DNA of 64,000 nucleotides from Cirrosporium novae-zelandiae (Eukaryota). How positions within the stretch are numbered: position 1 is the stretch's first letter; each line of letters opens with the position of its first letter. The position numbers were made by a program, and so were the translations under genes. Of the stretch, positions 25,801-40,928 are shown one piece after another. The DNA is taken from assembly GCA_026023565.1 (NCBI GenBank), contig JAPETS010000011.1, positions 248,001-312,000 on the forward strand. Direction: 5' to 3'. A model generated the notes under the pieces. It was given only the letters and a program-made list of their open reading frames with translations, was not told where the DNA came from and did not search any database.

Positions 25801-28102
25801 GAGTTCCTGTGATGATAAGTGGAAAGACATTACCTTGTTTCCAACCATTTGATACACACGTTAGAGCTGGTGGATATATTTCGAATCGTTTCTTGACAGG
25901 TGTCAAGCCCCCAGAATATTTTTTCCACACTATGGCTGGTCGTGAAGGTCTTATTGATACTGCTGTCAAGACTTCTAGATCAGGATACCTTCAACGTTGT
26001 CTCATTAAAGGTCTAGAGGGACTCAAAGTTGAGTACGACAGCTCTGTTCGGGACGCAGATGGAAGCGTTGTCCAATTTATCTATGGAGAAGATGGCTTGG
26101 ACGTTGCAAAGCAGAAGACATTGAGAGATTTCACCTTTGCAGCCGAAAACTATCTATCCCTTTATACTCAGCATAATATGCATAGGGATGTCAAAGTTTT
26201 GAAAAAACTCGGTGGTGAAGAAGCGGCGGACTGGAATAAACAGGCGATGGACAAAGTTAGAAAGACAGGCCGAGTCGACGCAATGGACCCAGCTTTAAGC
26301 CAGTTTAATCCTAGTAGGTATGTTGGAAGCACATCAGAATCATTCAAGATGGCTCTAAAGAAATTCTGCGACAAAAACAAAGATAGATTGATTGCAGACA
26401 AGAAGAAGGGGATCAAGGGCATTGTGACTAAGAAAACGTTCCGACATCTTTTGGAGGTCAAATATCTAAAATCTGTTGTGGACCCTGGAGAAGCTGTTGG
26501 AATTATCGCTGGCCAATCTATCGGTGAACCGTCCACTCAGATGACCCTGAATACTTTTCATTTGGCTGGTCACAGCGCAAAGAACGTCACTCTTGGTATA
26601 CCCCGGTTAAGAGAAATTGTTATGACTGCTAGTGATCATATCAAGACACCTGTCATGACTCTCTACCTAGTAGAGGAGCTCTCTGAGGCAGAGGGCAAGC
26701 AATTTGCGAAAGGTATTACCAAACTTAGACTTTCCGAACTAATTGATGAAGTCGTAATCAGCGAAAAAACCGGACGAGGAATTGCCCACGCTCACGCCAA
26801 AACCTATACTATCAAACTAAAGTTCTTCCCCGTCAAGGAATACGAGGAGGAGTATGCCATAAAAGCAAAGGATGTGGCAAAAACCCTCGAGTGTCGGTTC
26901 GTCCCTCTACTCTGCTCCAAAGTTAAGAAGGAAATCAAACAGAAGAATAAACAGCGGAATGAAATAGGCCAATCTGCTGGTACCACCGAACAAGCGGTAC
27001 GGAACCGCGATGCGGATGACGACTCGGGGCCTGAAGACGAAGGCTCGGATGACGATGATAATGGCGATGGTGACGCTACCAGCTCAAAGAACAAAGCCAA
27101 CCGCTTAGAAGCAATATCCTACGAAGACCCTGACGACGAGGAAGAAGCCATTGCAATACAAGCTCGTCGGGAAACCACCCCAGAAATAGATGAGGATATA
27201 GAAGATGAAGGCTTTGTAGGCAGTCCCAAAGAGCCTTCCCTTGATAACGACGGTAAAATTGATACCACTATCTCTGCCGCTGCCCAAGCTCGTGTCGACC
27301 GGATCTTGGACCAACACACCGATGTCGTCAAATTCAAATTCGACGAGAAGCGGGGCGACCGCTGCGAAGTGCGCCTCGAGTATGATGCCTCCATTCCTAA
27401 ATTTCTCATGCTCCAACTCGTTGAGAACGTGTGTCGCGAAGCTGTCATCCAATGGATCCCTGGTCTCAACCAATGCACCTACACTGTAGAAAAGGACAAA
27501 GATCCTGTAACGGGAGTGCAAAAACAGTACCCCGCGGTGGTGACAGAAGGCGTGAACCTGTTAGCCATGCGAGAATATCAGGACGTGATTAATCCACACA
27601 AGATCTTTACTAACGACATTCACGCAATGTTACAATTCTACGGTGTTGAAGCCGCCCGCGCTAACATCATTCGTGAAATGGCTGCCGTTTTCGACGGTCA
27701 CGGCATTAGTGTTGATAAACGCCATCTCAACCTCATTGCCGATCAAAGTAAGCGGCCCTCGTTCACTTTCAAAGACCCCCTTATTTATTAAATACTTTTT
27801 TACTCCATTTCTGTAGTACGCTAATTAATATATTTTTTTATTTAGTGACCCGCTCTGGCGGCTACTTGCCCTTCAGCCGACACGGCCTCTCCGACAACGT
27901 CTCCCCGTTCATGAAAATGAGTTTCGAAACCACAGTTGGATTCCTCTGCGATGCCGTGCTAAATGCCGACTGGGACACTTTGAAAAACCCGAGCAGTAGG
28001 ATCGTGGCAGGTAAGGTTCCTCAGCTCGGCACTGGTATGTTTGATGTGATGTTACCTATAAATGCGAAGGTTCAAAACAAGATCCCAGTGAAGAGTGTGT
28101 AG
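22855..28102 (+). CDS. RPA190: RNA polymerase I largest subunit
   Basis: [57 protein letters not shown], catalytic YNADFDGDEMN, TQMTLNTFH and KMSFETT. Introns 23037-23089 and 27748-27845. Confidence 0.97.
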
Positions 28103-28575
28103 TGGAATAAAGGACAAAAATATATAGAAGGGGAGAAATAAACTGGTGCGGCCTACTTCATTGAGGTATTGAATGTTTTTCAAATTCCATATTATGGATA
28201 TGTGTTGTTATGTACGTTGGTGGGATTGTAAAAATAAGTTTGGAGGCAATACCTTTCATGCGCCATGCCTTTAAGAAAAGAGTTAAAAATTCATTATGTG
28301 TTTGGATCTGATATCGTAAGTAGCCTACGATAGTGTCAAAACCAAGCTGTTCTTAGGGATATTAGGGAGAGTAGCTCCAAAAAAGATCGCAGCCGTGTAT
28401 ATATTTTTCTACAATTTCCAAGTATTCCTCTTTTTTCTATATCGAGAACCGAGCCTATTAACCACAAGCCCAGAAAAACAAATAGCGCCTTGCTAATCAC
28501 CTTGCTAGTCATAAAAAATTACGGTCGCCCAACTGCCTCAACAAATAGTAGGGATTTTACCACAGCTCCCATATA

Positions 28576-31166
28576 TTAATTATCGATCTCCATCATCACG
28601 GCCTCAATCTCCGCGTCGGCTCCATACTCATCCTTCCCAGTCCCATTATCGGTGGTACTTTTCACATGTCCATTAAGCTCAGCCCCGTTCATTTGGGCCT
28701 GCAGTTCGTGAATCTTCTCCTCCTCAGCCTTCTCTTTATGCTTCTCCAAGTCCTCTAAACTCCACGTGCTTATGCCCTCCTGGTCTCTTCCCTTGAATGG
28801 CTGCGCCATGGTTCTTAAGAAACTTTTTGCTTGTGATACAGCCATGTCCGTACTTAGGTTTGTATCTGCGTCTGCCATTGTCTGGTTGATCCACTTTGGT
28901 AGCTGGGTTCGTTTGCGCTGGAATCGCTTGTCTGCTAGTACCATTATACCGTAATCGTCTTTTCCGCGGAGGACGCGGCCCAGGCACTGCGCGGCATGGC
29001 GCATGGCGTCGAAAGAGAGGAAGTCGTTTTCGCGGATACGGTATGTTTCGCGAAGGAATTCGAGACGGGCTTTTAGGATTCGGGATTCGGTATACTGGAA
29101 GGGGACGCCGATGCAGATAACGGTACGGCCGTAGTGATGGTCGAAATCGATTCCTTCGGAGACTTTTCCACGAGCTACGCAAAGTAGGACGGCTCCCCGG
29201 CCATTGCTGCAGGCTGTACGGTAGGTTTCAAGGGCCAGGGAGGATTCCTGGCTGTCGGGCGTTTCGACCAGGATGAGTTTGTACTTCCATATATCATCGA
29301 GGATGGACATGCCTTGCCACATGCTAATGATGGATTCCATGTAGAGGTAGGAGGGGAAGAAAACGACAATGCCATCAGGCGTTATTTTGGAAAATTCGGT
29401 CAGAAGATTGCCGTAGTTACGGACAACACCAGGATCGTTACGAATTTGGAAACCTGAGCTTATCTGAGCTTGATCCGAACCGCGGGTAACAATCAAGGGA
29501 AGGAAGGAACGGCGTGCCAGCGTCATGCTGTACGATTCTTGGATTACGGCTGTAAAGCCTAACATTTTCGGGTACATTTCAAGGGGCGAGATGGTTCCGG
29601 AAGTGATAATAACAGAGCTAAAACGGTCAAAGACGGGTTTAATTGCGATTGCTGCGTCGAGACACGCAAAGTGAAGGATAGGATTCGGTACTTCTGCTCC
29701 CTCGGCTTCGAAAGGCTCAAGAATTAAAAGAAAGCCTTTGTCATATGTTGCGACCAAGGTAGCGAACGTAGCTATTTCCTGCAAGGGTTGATAATCTTCG
29801 ATGTTGGTCAATTCGAGAGTACGGACAAGGGAGGTTAGTCGTTCAGCACAAAATCTCAGTGGTTTTCTTTCAATGAATGTAAGGCTCTTAAGATGTTGGA
29901 GAAATGAGGGTGGTGTTTCGGATATTGTGTATAGGACTTTCATTCTCGTTTTTAGGTATTCGATGAATCTTTTCAAAAATCCTACAAAATGCTCAGCTCT
30001 CCTTATGTCACCTGGAACAGCCTCCTTAAGAAGATCGTCAGGCAATGCTGGATTTGCCATAAATGCGTCTTCTTCCCTAGCTTCGTCCGCCTCTCGAAGT
30101 CCTTCCACCAGTTTTGCATATTCATTTTGTAACTTCTCGGCATCTTGGGTTTTCATCTCGGAAATTTTCCTATCAAGGTTATTGGCCCCTCGGGTCGCTT
30201 TTCTTAAAGAATCATCCGTAATATCAATGCTCAAGGATTCGATGCACACGTTATCAATGTTGTGAGCTTCATCAAATACAACTATACAGTCTTTAGAAAG
30301 CTCCTTTGACACTCGTTCAGCAATTTTTGGGTCAAGAAGGTAGTGATATGAATATATGATGACATTACAGAATGGCATCTAGCACGGTTAGTGAAATCTC
30401 GGCTTCAAACTAGACCAGCAATAAATTACCATCCGTCTTGCTGAAAAGTATGGACATTGCTTGTGTTCCTCTCCATATTGTATTAGCCCATCAAGGGTAA
30501 ATACGCCAGGTGGAACAAGATTGTGTGGTTCGAGGAGATCTAGATTCTGTAGTCCTCAGCAAGTATCCCAAAAATCTGTAGTAGATATTCATACATCATG
30601 ATATACGCAGAGATCAACATCTTCGCCTCGTTCTTTTTTTTGTTTCACAAAGCCTGCCGTGAGACTTCGACATCGAGCGTCGACGACAGCTCCACTCTTT
30701 TCTCTTTTCACAGAAGGATGCAGGCACAAATTTTTGCGACTCGTAAGCCCCAGACCTCGAAAATCTTCCTCATAACCTAGCTGTTCCGTTCGGTAGTTCA
30801 TTAAAGCTTTTAATTCCGCCAGCGCCTTTTCAATTTCGGACATGGTACCTAGAACGGTCCTCAGAAAGCTACCCTCTAGTAAGGAAATGACAGAGACTAA
30901 CGTGAGCAATAGATGAGTTTCCTGTGCTCAGGATAGTATTGTTGATATGCGACGATCAGGGACAGAAGGGATACTGTCTTGCCGGTGCCTGAAGGCATTT
31001 CGAGGACGCAGTGACCTCCAGCATCCAGCGTCCGTTTGAGATCGCACATGTAGGCATATTGTTCAGGGTAGATTCGAGGATAAGGGAATAGCACAGGTAA
31101 ATCACTATGCTTGTTAGACTATTGTATATCTCTTTGACGCACCACTTACTCAATATTGAACCGCAT
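28576..31166 (-). CDS. RAD3: TFIIH/NER 5'-3' helicase XPD
   Basis: [12 protein letters not shown], Walker [35 protein letters not shown] and [10 protein letters not shown]. Introns 31105-31149, 30849-30901, 30547-30594, 30379-30429. Confidence 0.97.
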
Positions 31167-31607
31167 GATGTTGGTCGTTCTTTGAATTTCTAGTCAGCGT
31201 TAGTTAATTTAGGAAGATTTCCAGCCAAAATGTCATAAATTTCCATCAAGTAGCAGACGGACGATCATATTTACAATAGCAGCGTTGTCATATTGAAGTC
31301 ACTTGTCTGGGTTACGCGAATACTTTAATATCTATCTGGTTGTTGAAACTAATCGTCGCGTTTCTTTCAGCCCTGTCACGCCGGTGCTTCTTGCTCTGCG
31401 TCATCGGCCCTCTGTTCCTAGAGCAGCCTTGAATTAACCCCCACATGTCTCTTGCAGCGCCCTACCACAATGAGATTGATTTTAATGCAATTATCGAGAT
31501 CAATCATTTGTTTTTTTCACAAAACACTAGCCCTCACTCTGTCAATGTCTTTTTTCTCTCTTTCTCTTTCTTTTCTCGATTTAGCTTAACGATATAACGA
31601 TTTCGCA

Positions 31608-34600
31608 ATGAGTAAACGACAGTTTAAATCTCAAGCTTCTAGCAGTCGAGCCTTCTCTGGAGCCGGATTTGGATCTTCTGCTTCCTTTTCTTCCTCGTCT
31701 TCTCAACTCTCCTATATCGCAGAGCCTCCAGATCTCTCGAATATCTCAGATCCAAATGTCGTTGTTCCCTTCAAGAACCTGCTTAAGAAGGCTGGTACTA
31801 CAAAGGAGAAGGCAGCTGAAGAATTGCTAGAACACTTCACAAAACCAAATGGTGAAGTTCGGGAAGTAGAAGAGGCTATATTAGAAGCATGGGTAAGTCC
31901 CCTGAAAGCATTGGCGTGTGGCTATCACAATACTAACTATACTTCCACTAGGTCAAAATATACCCACGCCTATCGATAGACGGTTCTCGACGGGTCCGTC
32001 AACTTACTCACACATTACAGGGAAAAATTGCCTTATCATGCGGTAAGAGAATTGCGCGGCATATGCCCATGATCGTAGGCGCATGGTTAGCAGGTCTATA
32101 TGATCCAGAGCGACTTGTAACCAAGGCAGCCCAGGAATCATTATGGACAGTGTTTGAGACGGAGAAAAAGAGGGAGGGCGTCTGGAAAGCGTTCCACAAA
32201 CCAATTCTAGAATATGTCGAGAACATTATCCTGCGAGAATCTGTTCAGACCCTCAGTGATGAACGATCAATCAGTCCCGATGAAGCAGAAGCGAAATACG
32301 CGCGAGTGATAACAACAGCAATATCCCTGTTTAACAACTGTATTACAAGATTAGGAGAAGATATAAAACAAAAAAAGAACGAACAGAGCTTAGATTTGCT
32401 TAATGAGTCCAAATTATGGAGTTTTGCAGGTTCTTCCGACGTTGGCATCCGACGTTCAATTTACCAATTATTACAGAGCTGTCTGAGACTCCACGGTGTC
32501 CGAGAAAGCCTGGATATGAAAGTCCTCAATAAAGCATTGTTGTCTGATGCGCTAAGTGCAAATCAGCTTGGATCAGCATTACGACTTACCGAGGTATTAG
32601 TCGACTTTACGAGATATAATCCATATGGATGGACTGAAAAGCCAATATACTCGAAGCGACTGAAACAGTTCTTGAAAAAGGGATCTAGGAGTGGCCCACC
32701 TCAGTTTTGGAAGAATATTGAAGAACTCGTGCGCGAAATTCCCCTAGATGGTATTGTTGGCTCACCGGTTGAAGGCGAAGAACAGGATCTGGTAGGTAAA
32801 AGAAGAGATTTTCTGGATGCCTATCGAGCTGGTATTAAAACGAAAGATGAACCTCAAGCCAATTTGACTCCAGCCTGGAAATCCTACATTGCAACTGTAG
32901 GGGAGCTGTCAAATACTCTTCCAGAAAAAAATATCAAACAAGCTTTCTTCAAGAACTATGTTATTCCAATTATCGAGCAATTCATCCGTCCACGCTCTGA
33001 ACTGGAACCTTGGTCTTGCGGAACACCATCTGATACAAGAATTTGTAGCTTGGCTTTTGAAGAGATAATTAACCGAGGTGAATTTCCAATCCTCGAGGAG
33101 ACTTGGAGGAGCTTATCTTCCAGTGTTATTGAAGACATGAAGGCTTCCTTGCCAGAGAAATCAGGCGATTTTGACAGATCCCAAGCAAATGTTTCAAAGG
33201 AGGTAGACAGATGGTTCAACCTTCAATCGGAAATATTTCAAACAGAGAATATCAAGATGTTTGATACTACGAAGAAACTTGTTACAGAAACCACAGAGTC
33301 AATGTTTAATGATGCCATCGATCTCCTTAAAGCCAGAATAGGAAAACCCTATGGTGCTGCTGCATTACTAGAAGCTGCAGTGCGAAACATTCCCTGGATA
33401 ATATTTGGGAACGAAGACATAACGAGACAGCTATCTACTTTCTTCACTCAAGATGTCCCTAACCTCATTTCTTCGCCATCGTCAGCAATTCTGATCAAAA
33501 CTTTGCTTAAATGTCAAGATAAGACAGGGTTTAATGACAGCCTAGATGCAATAGTGGGTAGCCTTATGCGACAAAATGAAGACTTATCAATCAATATGGA
33601 TATGCTACAACAACTTTTTACCTCAGTGAATCTGGATCATTCTCAAGTACGGTCAGAAATCGAAGAATTTGCTAAGAAAAGTCTTGATCTCGCTTTTGGT
33701 GGCAACTCCGAATACTGGAATGTAGTCAATGCACTCCTTCAGAATCCATCGACTTCAACAGAAATCCGAAATGGGGTTTTTCTTTCTTTGCTACAAAGAC
33801 TCTCTTCCGATGACACTGTTAGAGAAGCCATACTTGGTCTCGATCGGACTGTGGCACAGAATGGAAAGATGATAGAAGCGTTCATTCAATCTAGCCAGGG
33901 CTCCACCCTCTTAGCAAAACTGATCTCCTTATCTGAGTCTCCGGACGAAGAGGTTGCTCGCAGTTCCCTCCACCTTGAGGGACGACTTAGGGCTTTACTT
34001 CCCAGAGATCAAGCCCACGCAATCACATTGAAATCGACTATAGAAATCGTCCGAAACAGCCTTGACGAGCCCGATAATTCATCCCTTTCAGTTGAAACTC
34101 TTGTCGAACTGGTTCAGGGGGCAATAAGTGGCAGTGCATTGGAGAAATTACGGGATGTGGCTGATAAACTATTACCGTCAGCAGATCAATGGGAAAAAGC
34201 CACGGATTTCTTCCTCGACATCCCTCCAAACACCTCTCTTGCTGCGAGCAGTGTACTAGGTGATTGTATCTTCTTGGTTGAGGCCCATGACCAGCAAGAG
34301 GAGCCACCAATTCCGCGTGATGCATATGGACTTAGTGCTGCGTTTCGACTGGGGCTGTATACCTTGAGACTGATACTGCAGTGTGATATTCTTCGATTCA
34401 CTAATCTCCAAACTCACAACATGATCCTGTTTTACCTACCACTGATAACTCAATTAGCAAACGACCACGTTAGTATACAGAGCACTAGAGGCTTATGGGA
34501 CCCTCAGGTGCCGGGAGTTGAAGAAGATGCTGTAGAGTTTGTGTCGCAAAGCCAAGGCCTAGTCGCTTCATGGCTACGTACTCACCAATCCTCGGAGGTT

Positions 34601-36553
34601 TCATTGCCTCCATCGATTAATACGAAGGAAGTTCTCGCATACTGGAACGAGCAGCTCTCGGCGATAAGGGCCTGTTCTCCTCGCGAGTTTTATATCGCAC
34701 GGGCTTTTATCGTAATCCGTGAAGAAACATTTGAGTTACATGGATCTAGCGGGTTCAAACACGAACAAACTTGGGAAGCAACTTTAAAGTCCATATCAAC
34801 ATCATCGAATGCATTCAAAGACATAGCCTGGCTCCAGGAAGGTACTCTTGGGATTAAGCCGGCTTTCAGACTTTGTAATGAACTTGTCGCCGATGTAACA
34901 GGCTTGAATTTCCATAAACAGGCAAAGGATGGCATCGTCAAACTTAGCACGTTACACGTTTTGAATTCTACAGACCATTCCATTGTTGATACTATCCCTA
35001 CACAACGTCAAGTATTCTTCATCAAGCATTTAATTCAGGGCCTACAGTCTGGATTAGAGTCTGGGGGACTTGCCACAATAATAATGAAGGCACTGGCGAT
35101 GTTCTTACCGAAAATTCGGGAAATTTACGGCTCTCACTGGTCTGACATCATCCTTTTCATTGAACGCTTTTGGGCCGAAACGACTGTCATAGCAGATGAT
35201 AACCTCCCTACCTTAATCACTTCTTTAAGGCTTTTATCGACATTACGTTCACTGGTTGGATCTGATGGGAACGACGACCTCGATGATGCGTGGACGGAGA
35301 GTTCGGTGCCTTTACAAAAAGGGTTATTGCATCTTTTAAAGCTTTCTCAAGGTGCCTCTGACACTCACCATCAACCACTTGCGATATTTCACGAATTACT
35401 CGCGCGCCAGATTAAGAAGCTTCCTCTCGAGACTCTAGAAGAACCAAGAGAACTTTACCCGCTCTTATATGCAGACTCGGTGTATATTCAACAAGTGGCT
35501 TTTGATATCCTACACAAGCAGATTCCTCAAGCCCAAGAACAAGTATCCCTTGACGTGGCTTTGTCCAAATCTATGGCACGCCTACCAGATGAACTTCTCT
35601 CGCTAATTCTTGAGACCCCAGAGTTGGCCTCCAATCGTGACTTATTCCTAGACAATGAGCGTAAGTTACCGATGAATTTACGAGGCTATCTCCTAAGCTG
35701 GAAGCTTGTTTTCGACCACTTTACGTCCTCTTCATACAAAGTTAAATCCGACTATGTCGACAACATGAAAGAGGCCGGATCCTTACCATCCCTCCTAGAT
35801 CTTACCTTTAAATACCTGGGACACGAATCGGGAAAACCCTTCGATGCCTCAAAAATAGATATTGAGACCTTCTCCCCGGAAACGGAAGAATCCCCAAAGA
35901 GGTACACTCATCATTTCCTCTGCCACCTCTATTATCTCTCCCTTCGCAATCTCTCCACCCTCGTCCGGAACTGGTGGATCAACAGTAAAGGTCGCCTCAA
36001 GATCCCCGTCGAAACCTGGACCGCCAAACACATCTCCCCGCTCGTCATCACGGCCGACCTTTCAGCCGTAACCTCTTGGGCCTCTTCCCTCCCCCCCTCC
36101 ACGGACGAAGACCAACAACTAGAAATAAAAGTGCACCCACGAGCACACGAATTAACAGCCTCCTTTCCCATCGACGAAGAGACCCTCTCTATTGCTATTC
36201 GCCTTCCCCCTTCTTACCCCCTCACCCCCGTCCTCGTCGAAGGTCTCAACCGCGTTGCCGTATCCCAACAAAAATGGCAATCCTGGCTCATCTCTACCCA
36301 AGGCGTCATCACTTTTTCGCACGGTTCCCTCGTCGACGGTTTGCTCAGCTTCAAGAAAAACGTCCTTGGTGCCCTTAAAGGCCAGCAGGAGTGTGCCATC
36401 TGTTATAGCGTTATTAGCGGAGATAAACAGCTACCCAGCAAACGCTGCGCGACGTGCAAGAACATGTTTCACTCGAGTTGTTTGTTTAGGTGGTTTAAGA
36501 GTAGTAATGCTAGCACATGTCCGCTATGTAGGAATAGTTTTAATTATAGTTAG
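31608..36553 (+). CDS. RKR1: E3 ubiquitin ligase listerin (ribosome quality control)
   Basis: N-terminal FKSQASSSRA..FKNLLKK..TKEKA. Intron 31893-31951, then YPRLSID. RWD region LPPSYPL and C-terminal RING ECAICYS..CATCKNMFHSSCLFRWFKSSNASTCPLCR. Confidence 0.95.
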
Positions 36554-37390
36554 GGTGAGGTATTAGGAGGAAAGAATATGTGAATATGTTGGTGGCGGTA
36601 ATTTATTCATGAAAATAGTACTTTAGTAGCAACAAAGCAGAGCAATGACTAAACTAAAATGGTCCCTTTCCAGATGATGGCTGATGGATTGATGAATTAA
36701 CAACCGGACGACCGATAAACAAATAGATCTATATCTAATAGCATTTTATTCCGCGAGCACCATAGATATATAAACCTCAAATCTACAATAACCACAAACT
36801 AAAAAAGTAGCTACATAAAATGCTTCGATATTTAAAAATATTTTCTCGTTTTTCTCTCTTTCTGAATCCATCCATGTTTTATCTTGCGAAGCTTTTACAC
36901 TTTTTCCTTTTTTTTTTCTAAGGTAGTAGGAGAGATTGCGACATAGATGTACAGTAAATAGGAATGTAAGATAGTGTAGGTAGGTGTCGTTCTCGTTCTC
37001 GCCCTCGTTATCTTAGCTAAGGAAATAAGAGGGGGGGGGCAAGGGAGGGAGCTTGAATGAATAGGGAGATATCTAGAATAGCTTAATAATGAATTTAACG
37101 CCTTTCTTTCTCATCGCTAATATCAATATATGTATGAAAAACATCAAATATAAAATGCTCCCTTTTTTCCCCCTTCCTTCCTTCCTTGCCTAGCCCCTAA
37201 CGCCTAACCGTCTATTCCATTTTCCATTATTCATGTTGTCTTTAAAACGCCCGTAAAAAAAAACTCAGTATTCATATATTAGTAGGGTATGATAGTTATT
37301 TATAATTGTTCGCGATGCTCTCCCCTCCTCCCCCCTCTTCTCGTTCTCCTTCTTTTCGATTATAAGTAATAAATATTCCTAGTTCCCCCC

Positions 37391-38133
37391 CTATTCTAGT
37401 TTATCCAAATGCTCCAACCTCGTCAGCACAACCTGCTTGCTCGTTTCTTCGATCTCGCCTGCCAGGAACACTTCGTCCAGGATCGCATAGACCTAAACCA
37501 ATAATACAATACGTATATTAGTCCCATCCCACCCCCCCAAAACTCTCACAAACAAAACAGAAAACATACCTTATAAAAATTAAAAACCAAATCCAGTTCA
37601 CAAACGTTTCCAAAAAACTGATCCAGCACCTCGACGAAAAAATGAATCGCCTCCAAATAGGCCAGCTCGTTATCGTTCGCGTCCACACACACACAGAAAA
37701 ATAAACCGGCGTACCGCCTGTAGACTATTTTTGTGTGCTGTCGGAATTCCACGAAGTTGGATTGATGTTTTTGGTCGCGCGGGGCGATTAGGCGGTGCAC
37801 GTCGAATTTCAGTTTGATTTTTTCTTCATCCTGGAATTTGGGGAGAGAGGGTGGTTAGAGGGTGGGGCGATTAGGAGGATGGATATGGATTTGGATGTGA
37901 GAGAGCGGACGAACATTGTATGGCGAATACCATTTAGCTAGACGGGTTTTGCCTCTATAACATCACAATTATATATGTCAGCGTTCTTTTCCTCTCTGTC
38001 CTTCTTGCTTCTTCAGCAACTTCTAGTGTTGTCTGATGCTCCCAATCAACTCTTATCTTGTCTCAGTGGAGGGCAAGGGAGGGTAGGTATGCTCTTACTG
38101 GCGGTTCTGAATTAAGATGAATGACAGGACCAT
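37391..38133 (-). CDS. APS2: AP-2 clathrin adaptor small (sigma) subunit
   Basis: [64 protein letters not shown]. Introns 37955-38098, 37831-37914, 37493-37569. Confidence 0.93.
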
Positions 38134-38554
38134 GGCTAGAGGAATCGAGGTAGGTATGTCAATGGGACGGATGTATGTCGATAGAGAAGTTGATGATGTG
38201 GGTAAGGTGGGAATTTGGTTGTAGGTAGTGAGTGTCGTGGACTCGTAGTCCTGTGTATTTACAGGATGAACTCCGTTGGATGGGTTGCGGGAGAGCTAAG
38301 ATCGGCGCCGGGATTCTGTGAAGGGAGCTGCTTAGGCCGTTGTGTATTTTGTGCCTCAGGCATAAACCCTTCACGCCACATTCTTCAAAAGGAGGGTTTT
38401 AAATAGTGGCTATGCTTCTTCTCGTTTTACTGTAGTGAAACCATATTTAATTATAATGCAATATTGTGTCTATACTCATGTCTAAATCATTACCCAGGTT
38501 TCCCCCCTTCATGCATAACCACAACTCCATGCCAAAAATAGCAATCCTGCCAGT

Positions 38555-40928
38555 CTATAAATGTGGCACCCCCAACGCACTCAATCCCAAATTTGCAATA
38601 CTCAATAAGCCCTCCCCTAGAATCAATCCGCTCGCCAGGATAATAATAGGTGTTTCTTCCTTGCCCTTCCAACTCTTCCACCACCATCCCAATATGCCAC
38701 CAATTGCTCTTGCCATGGTGAATGATGGTACATTGTACATCCCTACAGCAAAAGCAATACCACCTGGTATCAAATCCAGCAGCCAGGTCGTGAGAGGGCT
38801 AGTGGTGCCATGAGAGGAGTAGTTAGAGAGAACAGTCCGGATGATAGTAGTAATGCAAAAAAGCCCTCCAAACGAGACGGCGAACTGCCATGCCATTAAA
38901 GGCAGACCGGACCCTGTGACAAGTCGCGCGGTGAAAATCCAGACATATCCGGTGGGGACTTGGAACATCCCCCCCGGAATCGTGTATACAGAAGTATAGA
39001 GCTGATAGATAGCAGCAGATATGACAGCGCCAACTATACTACCAATGATTTGGCCATAGAACTGGGCTTTCGGTGCTGCTCCTACTAGGTGACCGGTCTT
39101 CAGATCTTGCATCATATCACCAGCCTGTAGGGCACCGGATTCGGATACCGCACCCGCAATCAGGTTGATGATGATGGCATTTTTGGAATTGGGGGTGACA
39201 AGGGCAAAGACGAGCTGAGTGAGTTTGGAAAGACCAGACACAGGGTTTAGATCCGTAATCCCGAGCGCCCAGACACCCATAAGGGATAGGAGGAGAGCGA
39301 GAAGGACGGAAAGGAGGGTTAATGGAAGGGGTATGAGTGAAGAGAAAGTTATGTGAATGGAGGCAACACAAATAATAAGGGTCAGAACAAGGGATATAAC
39401 GACTACTCGATTGCTAACGAGGTGATGCGGAGGAGCATCAGGTTCTGGGAGATCGGCTGTAGTTATTCTTCGGAGGTTGGGAGGAGGATAATCCGTGCAG
39501 AGGATAGGGTCTGTGGGTGGACGGGGTTCGGTGGCAGACGTAAGGGCAGTGTAACCATCGGATTTTCGGCAGTGGGAGAAGAGAGTAGGCCAGCGACTAG
39601 GTGTAACGCTTACGCGGATACCTTCAATGACTTGAGGACCATGCGGGAGTATAGTCCTTACCGTGAGTGCACCTAGACTGATCACTGAATCGGAGAGCAT
39701 GATCGCAAGAGACACCCAAACTATCCAGCCTTTGCTCCCAGTTTCCCAGTCATCGACTGGTCCTGGGGCCCAGCCTTTGGTCTTCGCTAGAGGAGAGAGT
39801 ATTCCCCAACCAACAAGAGCTCCGAAAAGCATGTGTAGGGTCACTGCAGGTCCCATTATAATGCCCTGACCAACATAAGCTGGAGAAGGATTCAATGTCC
39901 AAAGCCACTTCCTTGCTAAAGGTAGACCGAGAATTGGAATGTCGTGAAGTTGTGGAATAAAATACGAGAACAATGTCTAGGTTCATGTCAGTATGCAGCG
40001 CAATAACGGTGGCTCAGTGAGACTCTACATAAAAAGAAGAGATGCTAAAAGCTATGATCATGAGTCTTATATTGCTTTTCCAGTCATCTCGGTCATCCAG
40101 CCCCAAGCCTTCATTACTAGGAATATCTTCCATATCTCCAGAGCCTCCAACAGCATCATCATATCCTGAAACTCCGGCAGCAGTCGATCCAATCAGGGCT
40201 CTATTTCGGTTTTGTTCATCCTCTTGTAACGATCGTCTTCCGCTTTGGATTCTCATTATATCAGTCTCTTTTTCGCTCCCATGCAAAACCCCAATCATCA
40301 ATGCTGTGGCAGTCCCACTGGGAAATTTGAGTTTCTCCCGTATTATCACCTCTTTCCTTAAAGGAACGGCAAAAACCACACCGAAGAGGCATATACCCAA
40401 AGACCAGATGATGAGTTTCCACATCGGGAGGCTAAGAGGGCCATTCTCTTCTGGTTTTAACAGAAAATTCAATGCTGGGATGACCCCTACGAAACCACAG
40501 CCAAGTGGCATCGTTCCGACTGCCTGTGCAACAGTCTGCACCAGAACATTCTCCACAGGCGTAAAAGGGAGTTTCAGATATCGCGCTATGCTCTTAAAGA
40601 AGGCGAACCCTATTAAAGCAGAGGGCATTGACATGCCGCTTACCCAACCCGTTTGTAAGCCAAAATAGGTATTAGAAAAGCAAATAACTACACCAATCGC
40701 AAGGCCGACTAGAACACCTCGAAGAGTGAAATTTTGCCCTTCCGCAGCACGTTCGGCGAGAAAGCGTCGGGCATCGCTGCGGCGTCGTGCTCGTTCTATC
40801 GAGTGATCTACCGGGGTATTCGAATCTTGAGATGCATTATCTGGAGAAGGAGGGGTTTTATTGGAAATGGAATCATAGCTGCGATTCTGATGGTTCGTAG
40901 AAGCTGTTATCCCTCTGTCTGGGGCCAT
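38555..40928 (-). CDS. OPT-superfamily (YSL-like) membrane transporter
   Basis: FTLRGVLVG..NTYFGLQTGW, FTPVENVLVQT, LKFPSGTATA, GITDLNPVSG, MQDLKTGHL and ASGLILGEG, with many hydrophobic segments. Intron 39977-40028. Confidence 0.9.

Noticed and set aside
37955..38098. Longer (144-nt) first intron of APS2 as a snoRNA host
   Set aside because: No box C (RTGATGA) and no clear hairpin found.
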